A stretch of 32,000 nt of DNA from Candidatus Nanogingivalaceae bacterium (GCA_015257795.3 CP072208.2:480001-512000); one strand, 5' to 3'. Positions 1-11,981 are shown, counted from the stretch's first letter. Program-made: numbers and translations. The notes: generated by a model not told the origin, from the letters alone.

Positions 1-355
1 GGCCAATCAGCATTTCAAATTTCATTTTCGAACGATTATCTAGTCCAAATAATGCTTCAAATCTTTCGCCCTCAATCAAAATTCCAAATTTAACCAAAAA
101 ACGCTTTTTCACGCCACCGTGAGTGTTTCGAACATTTCGAAACCTAAAATCTCGCGTTTCAAAATGAAGTTTTTCATCACCAAATAAATCAAAACCTAAA
201 ATACCATCTTTTTCAAAAATATTTTCAGCATGAACAACTCCCGAAAAAGCTCCTGTATCAATTTTAGCGATAGTTTTAACTTCCGAGATTTTTTCTCCTG
301 AAACATCAGTAAAAGTCACCTCTTCAAAAGTTCCAAAAATCACTTTTTCTTCCAT
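1..355 (-). CDS. Retropepsin-like aspartic peptidase, RimB / 'putative ATP-dependent zinc protease' family (PF05618-like); C-terminus cut by the window edge
   Basis: Absent from the ORF track because it runs off the window. My translation of the minus strand from ATG (355-353): MEEKVIFGTFEEVTFTDVSGEKISEVKTIAKIDTGAFSGVVHAENIFEKDGILGFDLFGDEKLHFETRDFRFRNVRNTHGGVKKRFLVKFGILIEGERFEALFGLDNRSKMKFEMLIG-. The AKIDTGA..S..HA block is the hallmark of this family. A GAGGAG Shine-Dalgarno lies about 10 nt upstream. Confidence 0.65.
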   Translation of the reverse strand, partial: MEEKVIFGTFEEVTFTDVSGEKISEVKTIAKIDTGAFSGVVHAENIFEKDGILGFDLFGDEKLHFETRDFRFRNVRNTHGGVKKRFLVKFGILIEGERFEALFGLDNRSKMKFEMLIG

Positions 356-399
356 GAAAGAATCACTCCTCGCTGAATTTATTATTTAAAATTATCTAA

Positions 400-428
400 A
401 TTTTACCATGTTATCTAGTTTTTGTCAA
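400..428 (-). promoter_or_regulatory. Sigma-70-type promoter TTGACA-17-TGgTAAAAT for the peptidase gene at 1..355
   Basis: Minus strand reads TTGACA (428-423), a 17-nt spacer, then TAAAAT (405-400) preceded by TGg (extended -10). It sits immediately after the stop codon of the upstream gene. Confidence 0.55.
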
Positions 429-429
429 A

Positions 430-1794
430 CTATTTCTTTCCAACTTTAAGTTCATAAATCTGCCTTTGTTGATCTGAGTTGAACAAATTATTTTTTCCGC
501 CAAGCAAAAAATCATCAATTAACGTTGGCGAATCAATATTTTCTTCAATGTACTTCCAAATTTCTTGACCACCGTTAAAATAGCTCAAGTCTTTAAACCA
601 AGGCAATTCATCAGTTCCACGGAAAATCCTCTGCGTATTTCGATAAGCAATCTGACGTTTCTTATCAATATTCTCTTCCGAAAAATTATTTTTTCCGTCT
701 AAAATGCCCATTCTCCAATTAGTTTCGAAAGCTTCACGAAAACTCATACTATTAAAATAAGCAAAACCTGCCGTTAAATAATGCTGAACACCTGCTTCTT
801 GATATTTACCTTTTACAGCCATTTCCATAGCACGAGCAATCCCTTCTTCAGTGTTCATATACCCATCAAGACCAGTTCTCAAAGCTTGATTATCATAAGC
901 TTCACCCATTTGAGCACGCATATAGTGTGTTCCAATTTCGTGCACAACCAAGCCTTCAAGCTCTTTTTTTGAGACTGGTTTTCGATTTTCAGGAATAAAA
1001 ATCTTCTTATCTTTTGCTGAAACTGCAATCGCACCAGAATCTTTCCATTCAACATTAAATTTCGAAAAACCATCTTTTTCAAAATCTTTCAAAATATTTT
1101 CGAAAACCTCAAAAATTTCCTTTGCTGAGTATTTCTCGTTGCTATCTTTTTCCGGAATAAGTTCTAATTGCTTTGAATATAAGTATTTAATAATCTCACC
1201 AAATTTATGAAAAACTTCATCACTCGGTTTAAATCTTTCTGTGTTTTGATTTAAAATTTCATCATTTTTAATTAGTTCATAAAACTCTGAACGGATTCTT
1301 TCACCTTTTTCATCAAGTTTCAAAGCATCAATTTTTGTAATTTTATCTGAAAGTAGAGAATTGAATGTTTCAAAGTCCGGCTCGCCATAAACCTCAATAT
1401 TGTTTTTCATGAATTCTTCTTGAGCTTTTTGTTTGTCTACCAAACTTTCAGCTTTTCGAAAATTACAGGCTGCTTCAAGCATTTTAACAGTTTTAATTCT
1501 TGTTTCGAGTTGAGTATTGTACATTTCTCGCTCAATCTCACCAAGTGAATTATCGTTTTCAACCGCTAAAATTGCATTCGAAATATTTTGGTAAAGATTT
1601 TCAATTTCAGCGCTATTTAATTTTTCATATTCATTATTTGGTCGAGAAAGATCATCGTTTGCAAGGAATTCAAGCTTTGCTTCATTTGCATTTTTTGGAG
1701 TAAATGTTGAAATAACCTTTGGCTCCGATTCTTTAAATATCTCTCTTGTATCAAGAAATTCATTTTTACCAAAATTACTTTCGAAATTATTCAT
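430..1794 (-). CDS. DUF1704 / MATCAP-like metallocarboxypeptidase ('QEGLA-motif' family, TIGR02421-like)
   Basis: 454-aa ORF. It has VVHEIGTHYM (HExxxH spacing) followed about 25 residues later by NTEEGIARAME, which resembles the family-naming QEGLA motif. There are no TM segments. Its start lies 4 nt from the rnc stop, so it is probably co-transcribed. Confidence 0.65.
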   Translation of the reverse strand: MNNFESNFGKNEFLDTREIFKESEPKVISTFTPKNANEAKLEFLANDDLSRPNNEYEKLNSAEIENLYQNISNAILAVENDNSLGEIEREMYNTQLETRIKTVKMLEAACNFRKAESLVDKQKAQEEFMKNNIEVYGEPDFETFNSLLSDKITKIDALKLDEKGERIRSEFYELIKNDEILNQNTERFKPSDEVFHKFGEIIKYLYSKQLELIPEKDSNEKYSAKEIFEVFENILKDFEKDGFSKFNVEWKDSGAIAVSAKDKKIFIPENRKPVSKKELEGLVVHEIGTHYMRAQMGEAYDNQALRTGLDGYMNTEEGIARAMEMAVKGKYQEAGVQHYLTAGFAYFNSMSFREAFETNWRMGILDGKNNFSEENIDKKRQIAYRNTQRIFRGTDELPWFKDLSYFNGGQEIWKYIEENIDSPTLIDDFLLGGKNNLFNSDQQRQIYELKVGKK

Positions 1795-1797
1795 AAT

Positions 1798-2514
1798 TTA
1801 TGCCTTTTCGCTATTTTTATATTTTCGAATCGCCTCTCGAGCCGCTTCTTGTTGAGCAATCTGCTTACTTGGACCTTCACCTTCACCCATTTTTTTATCA
1901 CCAACAAAAACGCCTAGAGTAAAAGTCTTTTCGTGATCTGGTCCGTCTTCTTTTATCACCTTATAAATAGGTGTAAATCCATCTCTAGCTTGCGAAAGTT
2001 CTTGCAAGTAACTTTTTGGATCACGCCAAGATTCTTCTTCTAAAATTTGTGGCAAAGTACTTAAAATATTATCTGTGATATATTTTTTGGCAGCATCATA
2101 GCCTTTATCAAGGTAGATTGCGCCAGTTGTCGCCTCAAAAGCATTTGCTAAAATCTGCTGACGAGCTCGTGCTGAACCATGTTTTTCTCCTCGGCTCATT
2201 CTGATTAGTTTTTCATAACCAAGCCTTTCACCGGCAGCACCAATACTCTCTGTTCGAACTAAAGCTGAACGCCAAGCCGTCAAAATACCTTCCGGTTTGT
2301 CATAGTTTGAAAACAAAAAATCAGTAGTAACAAGTTCTAAAACCGCATCACCCAAAAATTCAAGTCGTTCGTTATGTTCTGTAGCTGATTTTTTATGTTC
2401 ATTCAAATAGCTGCGGTGAGTTAAAGCCGTAACCAGTAAATCAATATTATCGAAATCGTAGCCGAGCTTCTCCTTTGCCCAGTCGCGATAAGGTGTCAAT
2501 AAAATACCACTCAT
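1798..2514 (-). CDS. rnc: Ribonuclease III
   Basis: NERLEFLGDAVLE RNase III signature plus a C-terminal dsRBD-like region (238 aa). Its start codon overlaps the Nudix stop by 1 nt. Confidence 0.95.
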   Translation of the reverse strand: MSGILLTPYRDWAKEKLGYDFDNIDLLVTALTHRSYLNEHKKSATEHNERLEFLGDAVLELVTTDFLFSNYDKPEGILTAWRSALVRTESIGAAGERLGYEKLIRMSRGEKHGSARARQQILANAFEATTGAIYLDKGYDAAKKYITDNILSTLPQILEEESWRDPKSYLQELSQARDGFTPIYKVIKEDGPDHEKTFTLGVFVGDKKMGEGEGPSKQIAQQEAAREAIRKYKNSEKA

Positions 2515-3026
2515 TACAATTTCTCCTGTCTAATTTTTTTCATAGCAAGCAATATAAGCTTACCGATATCTTCATATTCAATTTCTTCTAAAGCATCAGA
2601 GAAACTGAACCACTTAATACCATTCATCCAGTCTTCTTTCTGGATAGCATCCGTATCACCAAGAGCTTTCACTAGAAAAACTTGCGTCGTCATTAAAACT
2701 AGTTTATCAATTCTTCTATATCGAAAATTAATTTTACCAAGCCAGCCAATAATTTTCACATCGTGCAAACCAGCTTCTTCTCCAATCTCACGCTTTGCGG
2801 TCTCTTGTGCAGTTTCACCCTTTTCAATATGACCCTTCGGAATCGTCCAGCGATCTTTCGAATCTTGAATTAGTAAAATCTCAATCTCTTTTTTTTCGTT
2901 ACGTCGAAAAATAACCCCACCAGCCGTCGGTTCTCTAACAATTTCTTGAATCGAAGTTCGGCGAGCTTTATGAAAATACTTTCGAAAATTCTCAACCTTC
3001 TTGTTCGCCATTTTGTTCCTCCACAA
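2514..3026 (-). CDS. Nudix hydrolase (possible RNA pyrophosphohydrolase, judged from context)
   Basis: Complete Nudix box [23 protein letters not shown] (GX5EX7REUXEEXGU). The start may instead be the MANKK methionine at 3011. Either start overlaps the 3' end of nusB. Confidence 0.88.
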   Translation of the reverse strand: MWRNKMANKKVENFRKYFHKARRTSIQEIVREPTAGGVIFRRNEKKEIEILLIQDSKDRWTIPKGHIEKGETAQETAKREIGEEAGLHDVKIIGWLGKINFRYRRIDKLVLMTTQVFLVKALGDTDAIQKEDWMNGIKWFSFSDALEEIEYEDIGKLILLAMKKIRQEKL

Positions 3027-3447
3027 AAAGTTTATAAGCCGTTCCTAAAACGCCGTTTATAAACTTACTTGAATTATCGGAACCAAACGCTTTTGCAAGT
3101 TCAACAGCCTCATTGATTGCAACTTTTGGCGGAACCGTATCTCTAGAATATAATAATTCATAGAGACCAATTCTTAATACATTACGATCAATTCTTGCAA
3201 TCTGTGAAATTGGCCATTCTGGTGCCATCGGCTGAAGCTTCGTATCAAGCTCAACTTGCTTTTCAATAATCCCGTTTAATAAATCTTGAACGAATTGCTT
3301 GTCACCAATCACTTCATCATACTGTTTCATATTTCGAAAAATAATTTCAGACAAATCTACGGTTTTATCCTGAGCCTGTAAACGAAATTCATATTCGTAA
3401 AGTGTTTGAAGAACAACAATCCTTCCTAAATGTCTATTTGATGCCAT
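2992..3447 (-). CDS. nusB: Transcription antitermination factor NusB
   Basis: 151 aa. The N-terminal R..A.Q.LY pattern and the C-terminal [10 protein letters not shown]....S.KFINGVLG block are typical of NusB. Confidence 0.9.
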   Translation of the reverse strand: MASNRHLGRIVVLQTLYEYEFRLQAQDKTVDLSEIIFRNMKQYDEVIGDKQFVQDLLNGIIEKQVELDTKLQPMAPEWPISQIARIDRNVLRIGLYELLYSRDTVPPKVAINEAVELAKAFGSDNSSKFINGVLGTAYKLFVEEQNGEQEG

Positions 3448-3468
3448 TTCTACGTAAGGTTCTTTCCT

Positions 3469-3497
3469 ATTATTAAAATATTATTAAATTTTGTCAA
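3469..3497 (-). promoter_or_regulatory. Candidate promoter TTGACA-17-AATAAT for the nusB operon
   Basis: Minus strand: TTGACA (3497-3492), 17-nt spacer, AATAAT (3474-3469). It lies between the rpmF terminator-like hairpin and the nusB ATG. Confidence 0.4.
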
Positions 3498-3502
3498 ATA
3501 AA

Positions 3503-3535
3503 TTTAAAACGCCAGCAAATTAAGCAGCTAGCGTT
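3503..3535 (-). terminator. Terminator-like hairpin spanning the rpmF stop codon
   Basis: Minus strand AAAACGCTAGC / GCTGGCGTTTT forms an 11-bp stem (one G-U pair) with a ~10-nt loop. The U-run is part of the stem and A/T-rich sequence follows. Confidence 0.35.
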
Positions 3536-3699
3536 TTATTTTCTTCGAGTTGCTTATTTAAAGCTTTACCAGCTTGTTTTTTAGTTGTATAAACTTTTAC
3601 TGGTGATTTTTTGTTAACTCGACGAGCTAAATCCAATCGTAAGTGGCTGCGTCGCAAACCGGTCTTTCGAGGACTGCTCTGTTTCTTTGGCTGTGCCAT
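3520..3699 (-). CDS. rpmF: 50S ribosomal protein L32
   Basis: 59-codon ORF, just below the ORF-track length cut-off. Translation: MAQPKKQSSPRKTGLRRSHLRLDLARRVNKKSPVKVYTTKKQAGKALNKQLEENKTLAA. The MA.PKK..S..K...RRSH start is the L32 signature. An AAGGAG SD lies 8 nt upstream. Confidence 0.85.
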   Translation of the reverse strand: MAQPKKQSSPRKTGLRRSHLRLDLARRVNKKSPVKVYTTKKQAGKALNKQLEENKTLAA

Positions 3700-3740
3700 T
3701 TAAAGTTTCTCCTTAGGTTTAATATTTATCTTCAGATTCA

Positions 3741-3769
3741 ATTATACCTTATTTATCAAGATAAAGCAA
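3741..3769 (-). promoter_or_regulatory. Promoter TTGCTT-17-TATAAT for rpmF
   Basis: Minus strand: TTGCTT (3769-3764), 17-nt spacer, TATAAT (3746-3741). A ~40-nt leader with an AAGGAG SD follows. Confidence 0.5.
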
Positions 3770-3788
3770 GCCAATTATTTATTAAATA

Positions 3789-3817
3789 TTGACTTTTGAT
3801 AGTATTTATGCTATAAT
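3789..3817 (+). promoter_or_regulatory. Promoter TTGACT-17-TGcTATAAT; only 9 nt separate the -10 from the ATG (leaderless layout)
   Basis: TTGACT at 3789-3794, 17-nt spacer, TG at 3809-3810, TATAAT at 3812-3817, ATG at 3827. No SD is present. Confidence 0.6.
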
Positions 3818-3826
3818 AACATTGTT

Positions 3827-4390
3827 ATGGAAAAATACAAAAATAAAAACAATCAAGATCAAAACAAAGAATATATCAGAATTAACCGAGAAAAATTCAA
3901 AAAGCTTGGAACGAGAGTTTTAACCCTTAGTGCAGTTAGTGGCGCTTTAGCTGGATGGTTCGGACACGGCTTTTATGAAAAATATCAAGAAGCTGAAAGT
4001 CAAAAAATCTTCGAAATGGTTTCAGCTAAAAAATTGGACAACTCCCCAATGGATTTTGAAAAACTTGAAGAGATTTCAAAAGATGGTGGAAAAATTCATC
4101 TACAAAAAGGGGCATCTATCAGAAGTACAAATACTGACTATTTCGAAAAACCTGACTCTTACAATTTTAATGGTTATAACCACTCTTCGTTAGGTGAAAT
4201 GACCAAAGATGCTGATTTCGACCTTAAAGGCGAAGTTTACTATCAGGATGGTAATAACCCTAGGATAATTACTCGAATCGAGAACTTTGAACAAACAAGC
4301 GATGGTAAAAAGACAAAAATAGATGTTAATATAGATAAAGATGGTTGGGTTGCAGTTGACGCAAACGACACTGACTTAAATTTAGAATAA
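3827..4390 (+). CDS. Hypothetical membrane-anchored protein (basic N-terminus, one TM helix, ~130-aa C-terminal domain)
   Basis: 187-aa ORF with its own promoter and terminator. TM segment VLTLSAVSGALAGWFGHGF. I recognise no family. Confidence 0.6.
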   Translation: MEKYKNKNNQDQNKEYIRINREKFKKLGTRVLTLSAVSGALAGWFGHGFYEKYQEAESQKIFEMVSAKKLDNSPMDFEKLEEISKDGGKIHLQKGASIRSTNTDYFEKPDSYNFNGYNHSSLGEMTKDADFDLKGEVYYQDGNNPRIITRIENFEQTSDGKKTKIDVNIDKDGWVAVDANDTDLNLE

Positions 4391-4400
4391 AACTAAAAAT

Positions 4401-4434
4401 AAAAAACGGAAGCTAACAACTTCCGTTTTTTAAA
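4401..4434. terminator. Bidirectional rho-independent terminator shared by the 3827 gene (+) and leuS (-)
   Basis: ACGGAAG (4406-4412) / CTTCCGT (4420-4426) stem with a 7-nt loop, an A-run upstream and a T-run downstream. Confidence 0.7.
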
Positions 4435-4436
4435 AC

Positions 4437-6878
4437 CTATTTAACCACGAAATTAATTAATTTACCTGGAACAACAATCTCTTTAATAATCTCTTTATCT
4501 GCTAGGAATTTTGCAACATTTTCTTCCTGTTTAGCTTTTTCAAGAATTTGTTGTTTTTCAAGCTCTGTAGAAATCTTAATTTTTCCACGAAGCTTTCCAT
4601 TTACCTGCACAACTATCTGAATTTCACTCGTTTTTAACATCTCTTCATCCCACTCTGGCCAGCCAGATTCTTCAATGAAGTTATTATTTCCTAGTTGTTG
4701 CCAAAGTTCGCTCGAAATATGTGGAGCAAAAGGCATTAACATCTTCAACAAATCCTCTAAGACCTGACGCCAATCTTCCGAAAACCCTTCAAGTTTAAAC
4801 TTATAAAGGTCGTTCACGAACTCCATCAATGCGGCAACGACAGTATTTAAACTCTCCCGATGGAAATCTTCTGTGACTTTCTTGATTGTTTTATGCCGAG
4901 ATTTCTGAACTTCTTCAAAATTTGAAAGGTTTTCAATTGATTTTTCACTCTCAATAAATTCTTGAACTAAAACCCAAACTCGATTCAAAAAACGATAAAC
5001 ACCCGCGATACCACGAGAATCCCAAGATGCATCTATTTCGTAAGGAGCAATAAACATTTCGTAAGTTCGGAGTGAATCTGCACCGTAACCCTGATCGATG
5101 ACTTCTAGTGGATCGATAGTGTTACCTTTCGACTTACTCATTTTTGAGCCATCTTCAGCATTAATGTATCCGTGATAAAGAAGCTTTTTAACAGGCTCGG
5201 AAAAGTTAGTTAATCCCAAATCTTTAAAAACATGAGTCCAAAAGCGAACATAAAGCAAGTGTGCAACAGCGTGATCCCCACCAACATAGTAATCGACTGG
5301 AGCCCAATAGTTTACAAGTTCTGGATCCCAAGCGCGCTCAGAGTTCCTAGGGTCAGCATATCTCAATAAATACCAGCTCGAACAAGCATACCCATCCATA
5401 GTGTCTGTTTCTCGAACCATCTTTTCACCATTTACTTCGACATGCATGAACTCTTCACTTTTTGCTAATGCCGACTTTCCAGAATCATCTGGTTTAAAAT
5501 CGGTTAAAGTTGGAAGCATTACAGGTAACTGTTCTTCAGGAATTAAATGCTCATTACCGTCTTTGTCATAAGCAATAGGAATTGGACAACCCCAATAGCG
5601 CTGTCGAGAGATTAGCCAGTCACGCATTTTATACGTAGTTTTTGAGCGACCAATCTCTTTTTCTTCAAGCCAGCTCAAAACCTGTTCACGAACATCTGCG
5701 GAATTTTGACCATCAAAATCACCAGAATTTACGATAACTCCCTCACCATGATAACAGATATCGTCATCTGCAATCCCTTCTGGTTTTTCAACAACCTTAA
5801 TAATATCAAGGTCAAATTTTTTAGCAAATTCATAATCACGCTCATCATGAGCAGGAACAGCCATAACCGCACCCTCACCATATCCACCAAGAACATAATC
5901 ACTAACCCAAACTGGAATTCTCTTACCGTTCGCTGGATTTACAACATAGCTACCAGTAAAGATACCTGTTTTTTGTTTATTCTCTTGGCGTTCAATTTCT
6001 GTTTTTTTCAAAGATTCTTTTTTATATTCTTCAACTTTATCTTTCGTTAAATCATTAACTAGCTTATCAAGAAGAGGGTGCTCAGGTGCAACTGCCAAGA
6101 AAGTCGCCCCAAAAAGTGTGTCTGGACGAGTTGTGAAAACCTTAATCTTTTCACCTTTTGCATCACCTTCAGCAATTTCGAATTCAATCTCTACACCCTT
6201 AGATTTGCCAATCCAATTTCGTTGCATTGTCTTAATTTTTTCAGGCCAGTCAAGATTATCAATATCTTCCAAGAGCTCATCAGCATAAGCCGTAATTCTA
6301 AAAAACCATTGAGTCATTCGCTTCTTTGTGACTTCTTCACCACATCGCCAACAACGCCCATTCTCAACCTGCTCGTTAGCAAGAACGGTCTTATCATTGT
6401 CACACCACCATTGATAACTTTCTTTTCGGTAGGCTAGACCTTTTTTATATAATTCTCGAAAAATCCATTGCGTCCATTTATAATATTCTGGATTCGAAGT
6501 ATTGATTTCTCGCGACCAATCGATTGAAATACCAAGACGCTTGAATTGTTTTTTAAAGTTGGCAATATTTGTTTTTGTTGCTTCCTGCGGTGAAATTCCA
6601 GTCTTAATCGCATAATTTTCAGCCGGCAAACCAAAAGTATCCCAACCAATTGGGTTTAATACATTTTTTCCTTTCTGTCGATAAAACCTCGCAATCGAAT
6701 CTACAATAGTGTAACTTCGCGCATGTCCCGTGTGAAGTCCGGCACCGCTTGGATACGGGAACATTCCCGAAATATACATTTTTTGTTTCGAAGGGTCAGC
6801 TTTAACCTCATAAAGCTTTGAGTCGTCCCATTTTTTTTGCCATTTTGCTTCAATTTCAATCGGATTATATCTTTTCAT
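4437..6878 (-). CDS. leuS: Leucyl-tRNA synthetase
   Basis: 813 aa. It has a HIGH-type motif (PYPSGAGLHTGHARSY), a KMSKS motif (KMSKSKGN) and a CP1 editing-domain region. Confidence 0.97.
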   Translation of the reverse strand: MKRYNPIEIEAKWQKKWDDSKLYEVKADPSKQKMYISGMFPYPSGAGLHTGHARSYTIVDSIARFYRQKGKNVLNPIGWDTFGLPAENYAIKTGISPQEATKTNIANFKKQFKRLGISIDWSREINTSNPEYYKWTQWIFRELYKKGLAYRKESYQWWCDNDKTVLANEQVENGRCWRCGEEVTKKRMTQWFFRITAYADELLEDIDNLDWPEKIKTMQRNWIGKSKGVEIEFEIAEGDAKGEKIKVFTTRPDTLFGATFLAVAPEHPLLDKLVNDLTKDKVEEYKKESLKKTEIERQENKQKTGIFTGSYVVNPANGKRIPVWVSDYVLGGYGEGAVMAVPAHDERDYEFAKKFDLDIIKVVEKPEGIADDDICYHGEGVIVNSGDFDGQNSADVREQVLSWLEEKEIGRSKTTYKMRDWLISRQRYWGCPIPIAYDKDGNEHLIPEEQLPVMLPTLTDFKPDDSGKSALAKSEEFMHVEVNGEKMVRETDTMDGYACSSWYLLRYADPRNSERAWDPELVNYWAPVDYYVGGDHAVAHLLYVRFWTHVFKDLGLTNFSEPVKKLLYHGYINAEDGSKMSKSKGNTIDPLEVIDQGYGADSLRTYEMFIAPYEIDASWDSRGIAGVYRFLNRVWVLVQEFIESEKSIENLSNFEEVQKSRHKTIKKVTEDFHRESLNTVVAALMEFVNDLYKFKLEGFSEDWRQVLEDLLKMLMPFAPHISSELWQQLGNNNFIEESGWPEWDEEMLKTSEIQIVVQVNGKLRGKIKISTELEKQQILEKAKQEENVAKFLADKEIIKEIVVPGKLINFVVK

Positions 6879-6888
6879 ACTATCTTAT

Positions 6889-6897
6889 AGTATACCA
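6889..6897 (-). promoter_or_regulatory. Extended -10 element TGgTATACT, 10 nt upstream of the leuS ATG (leaderless layout)
   Basis: Minus strand TGG (6897-6895) then TATACT (6894-6889), 10 nt, then ATG at 6878. No SD is present and the -35 is poor. Confidence 0.45.
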
Positions 6898-6936
6898 TAA
6901 AATTCATTTTTTAAAAAATTATCACCGCTCCGAGAT

Positions 6937-10015
<3,079 letters not shown>

Positions 10016-10891
10016 CTATAACCTCGAACTATTGTCTTTTAATCTTGAAATCCTATCGTCTATTGATGGGTGTGTTGAAAATAAATTTTGAAAAAAACTA
10101 CGCTTCATCGGATTAACTATAAACAGATTTGCTGTTGTAGAATTCTGCTTTCTAAGCGGCTTCCCATTGTTTTTTAGTTTTTGAAGAGCGCTAATCATTC
10201 CTTCAGGATATCTTGTAAGCAAAACAGCTGTCGCATCAGCCAAGAATTCGCGCTGGCGAGAGATTGCAAGTCGCGTAACTAATGCTAGCAAGGGTGAGAT
10301 CATCACAAATAATAAGCCCAAAACCACAATCAATGGATTTCGATTATCATTATCGTCATCGCTCCAAATAAAAAATCTCAATACTAGTTCCGATATTAGC
10401 TCAATTACAGAAGTTAACGCCACCGCAGCCATAGAAACTCTAATATCGTAGTTCTTAATATGTGACATCTCATGAGCGACAACAGCCTCCAGTTCACTTT
10501 TATTCATAATATTCAAAAGTCCCGTAGTTGCACATATTATTGACTTTTCCGGATTAGTTCCAGCCGCAAAAGCATTAGGTGATTCATCATCTATTATATA
10601 CAACTTAGGCATAGGTAGCCCCGCAGTTATTGATATAGTTTCTACAGCAGCATAAAACCCAGGAGCAATTTCTCTAGAAACTGGTTTCGCGCCATTCATA
10701 TATAATACAATACTTTTTGAAATATTGTATTGAACTAAAGCATATAATATTGAAAATACTAATAAAATTATAAAAATATAATCATTTTTATAGATATACG
10801 AAAAATATAGCCCAATTCCTGAAATTATTGCGATAAATACCATAAATATTATTACAGTATTACGCTTATTCTCAGATATTGAGCTATACAC
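10016..10891 (-). CDS. htpX: M48-family zinc metalloprotease HtpX
   Basis: HEMSHIKN (HExxH), N-terminal TM helices and 291 aa. GTG start with an AGAGGTG SD 8 nt upstream. Confidence 0.9.
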   Translation of the reverse strand: MYSSISENKRNTVIIFMVFIAIISGIGLYFSYIYKNDYIFIILLVFSILYALVQYNISKSIVLYMNGAKPVSREIAPGFYAAVETISITAGLPMPKLYIIDDESPNAFAAGTNPEKSIICATTGLLNIMNKSELEAVVAHEMSHIKNYDIRVSMAAVALTSVIELISELVLRFFIWSDDDNDNRNPLIVVLGLLFVMISPLLALVTRLAISRQREFLADATAVLLTRYPEGMISALQKLKNNGKPLRKQNSTTANLFIVNPMKRSFFQNLFSTHPSIDDRISRLKDNSSRL

Positions 10892-10907
10892 CTTTAAAAC
10901 ACCTCTT

Positions 10908-11471
10908 TTAGAATTTTACCTGAGGGGCGTTTTCAACAGCTTTTCGATCTTCAACTTCAAAGAAATCTCTTTTTTCAAAACCTAATTTTCGAGCAAATAC
11001 GTTTGTTGGAAATGTTTTGATTTTAATATTTAAATCTCGAACACCGCCGTTATAAAATCGTCGAGCACCTTGAATTTTATCTTCAATCTCTTGTTGTTGT
11101 TGTTGAAATTGAATAAAACCTTCATTAGCTTTCAATTCTGGATAATTTTCAGCTACAGCGAACAATCGCCCAAGAGCTTGAGTCATTTCACCTTCAGCTT
11201 TAGCAGCCGCTACAACATCGTTTCCAGCACCCATCAAACCTGCACGCGCAGAACTTACGTTTTCAAAAACTTCCTTTTCATGTTCGGCGTAACCTTTTAC
11301 AGTTTCAACGAGATTTGGAATCAGATCAGCTCTATATTTTAATTGAATAGCTATGTCACTCCATGCTTCTTCAACCCGTTCGTTCAATCGAACAAGAGCG
11401 TTATATTGGCCCCAAACAAATAAACCGATCAATACAGCGATCGCGATAATTATAATAATTGCAATTGGCAT
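10908..11471 (-). CDS. lemA: LemA family membrane protein
   Basis: 187 aa with an N-terminal TM helix, then the typical LemA sequence (YNALVRL...W.DI..QLKYR.DLIPNLVETVKGYA.HE). A TAGGAGA SD is present. Confidence 0.9.
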   Translation of the reverse strand: MPIAIIIIIAIAVLIGLFVWGQYNALVRLNERVEEAWSDIAIQLKYRADLIPNLVETVKGYAEHEKEVFENVSSARAGLMGAGNDVVAAAKAEGEMTQALGRLFAVAENYPELKANEGFIQFQQQQQEIEDKIQGARRFYNGGVRDLNIKIKTFPTNVFARKLGFEKRDFFEVEDRKAVENAPQVKF

Positions 11472-11501
11472 TTTTCTTAAATTCTCCTACTATCGTTATT
11501 T

Positions 11502-11589
11502 TGGTGCGCAAGGCGGGAATCGAACCCGCACGACTGTTTAGGTCAAGGGATTTTAAGTCCCTCGCGTCTACCAATTCCGCCACTCGCGC
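11502..11589 (-). tRNA. tRNA-Leu, anticodon UAA, CCA encoded
   Basis: Reverse complement: GCGCGAGTGGCGGAATTGGTAGACGCGAGGGACTTAAAATCCCTTGACCTAAACAGTCGTGCGGGTTCGATTCCCGCCTTGCGCACCA. It has a 7-bp acceptor stem, a Leu-type D-arm, the anticodon loop CTTAAAA, a long variable arm and a GGTTCGATTCC T-arm. Confidence 0.92.
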
Positions 11590-11642
11590 ATATTTACATT
11601 TTACACGCCCCAACCATAAAAGTCAAGGCGCGTAATTTTATT

Positions 11643-11957
11643 TTAAGCTTCGTCTTTATCAAGAAGTGGTGCAATAATCATAATAAATAGAGAAAAAGCA
11701 CCAAGCACTAGGAACGTAGCCCAAGCTTTACCCATTAGTTCGCCCAAGTTATTATCCAACCAAATATTTACTAGGCTGATTAGAGCACAAACCATAGCCG
11801 TAAAAATATTAAACCAAATACAAATCTGTCGAATACTCTTTACTGTCTGACTGTATTTCTTTTTTACTGGGGCTGCTTGAGTATATACTACAGCTTTCTC
11901 TGTAGTATCATTCTCTCCTTTTCGAATTTCTACAACCTTCTGATTTTCACTATTCAT
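11643..11957 (-). CDS. Hypothetical small membrane protein (two C-terminal TM helices)
   Basis: 104-aa ORF between the two tRNAs with an AAAGGAA SD upstream. TM segments ICIWFNIFTAMVCALISLVNIWL and WATFLVLGAFSLFIMIIAPLL. Confidence 0.55.
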   Translation of the reverse strand: MNSENQKVVEIRKGENDTTEKAVVYTQAAPVKKKYSQTVKSIRQICIWFNIFTAMVCALISLVNIWLDNNLGELMGKAWATFLVLGAFSLFIMIIAPLLDKDEA

Positions 11958-11981
11958 ATCTATTCCTTTGCTTTAATTTTT

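Noticed and set aside
11401-11613. 70-aa minus-strand ORF and the 61-aa plus-strand ORF at 11877..12062
   Set aside because: They overlap tRNA-Leu (11502-11589) and tRNA-Cys (11982-12055) respectively. The tRNA cloverleaves are far better supported.
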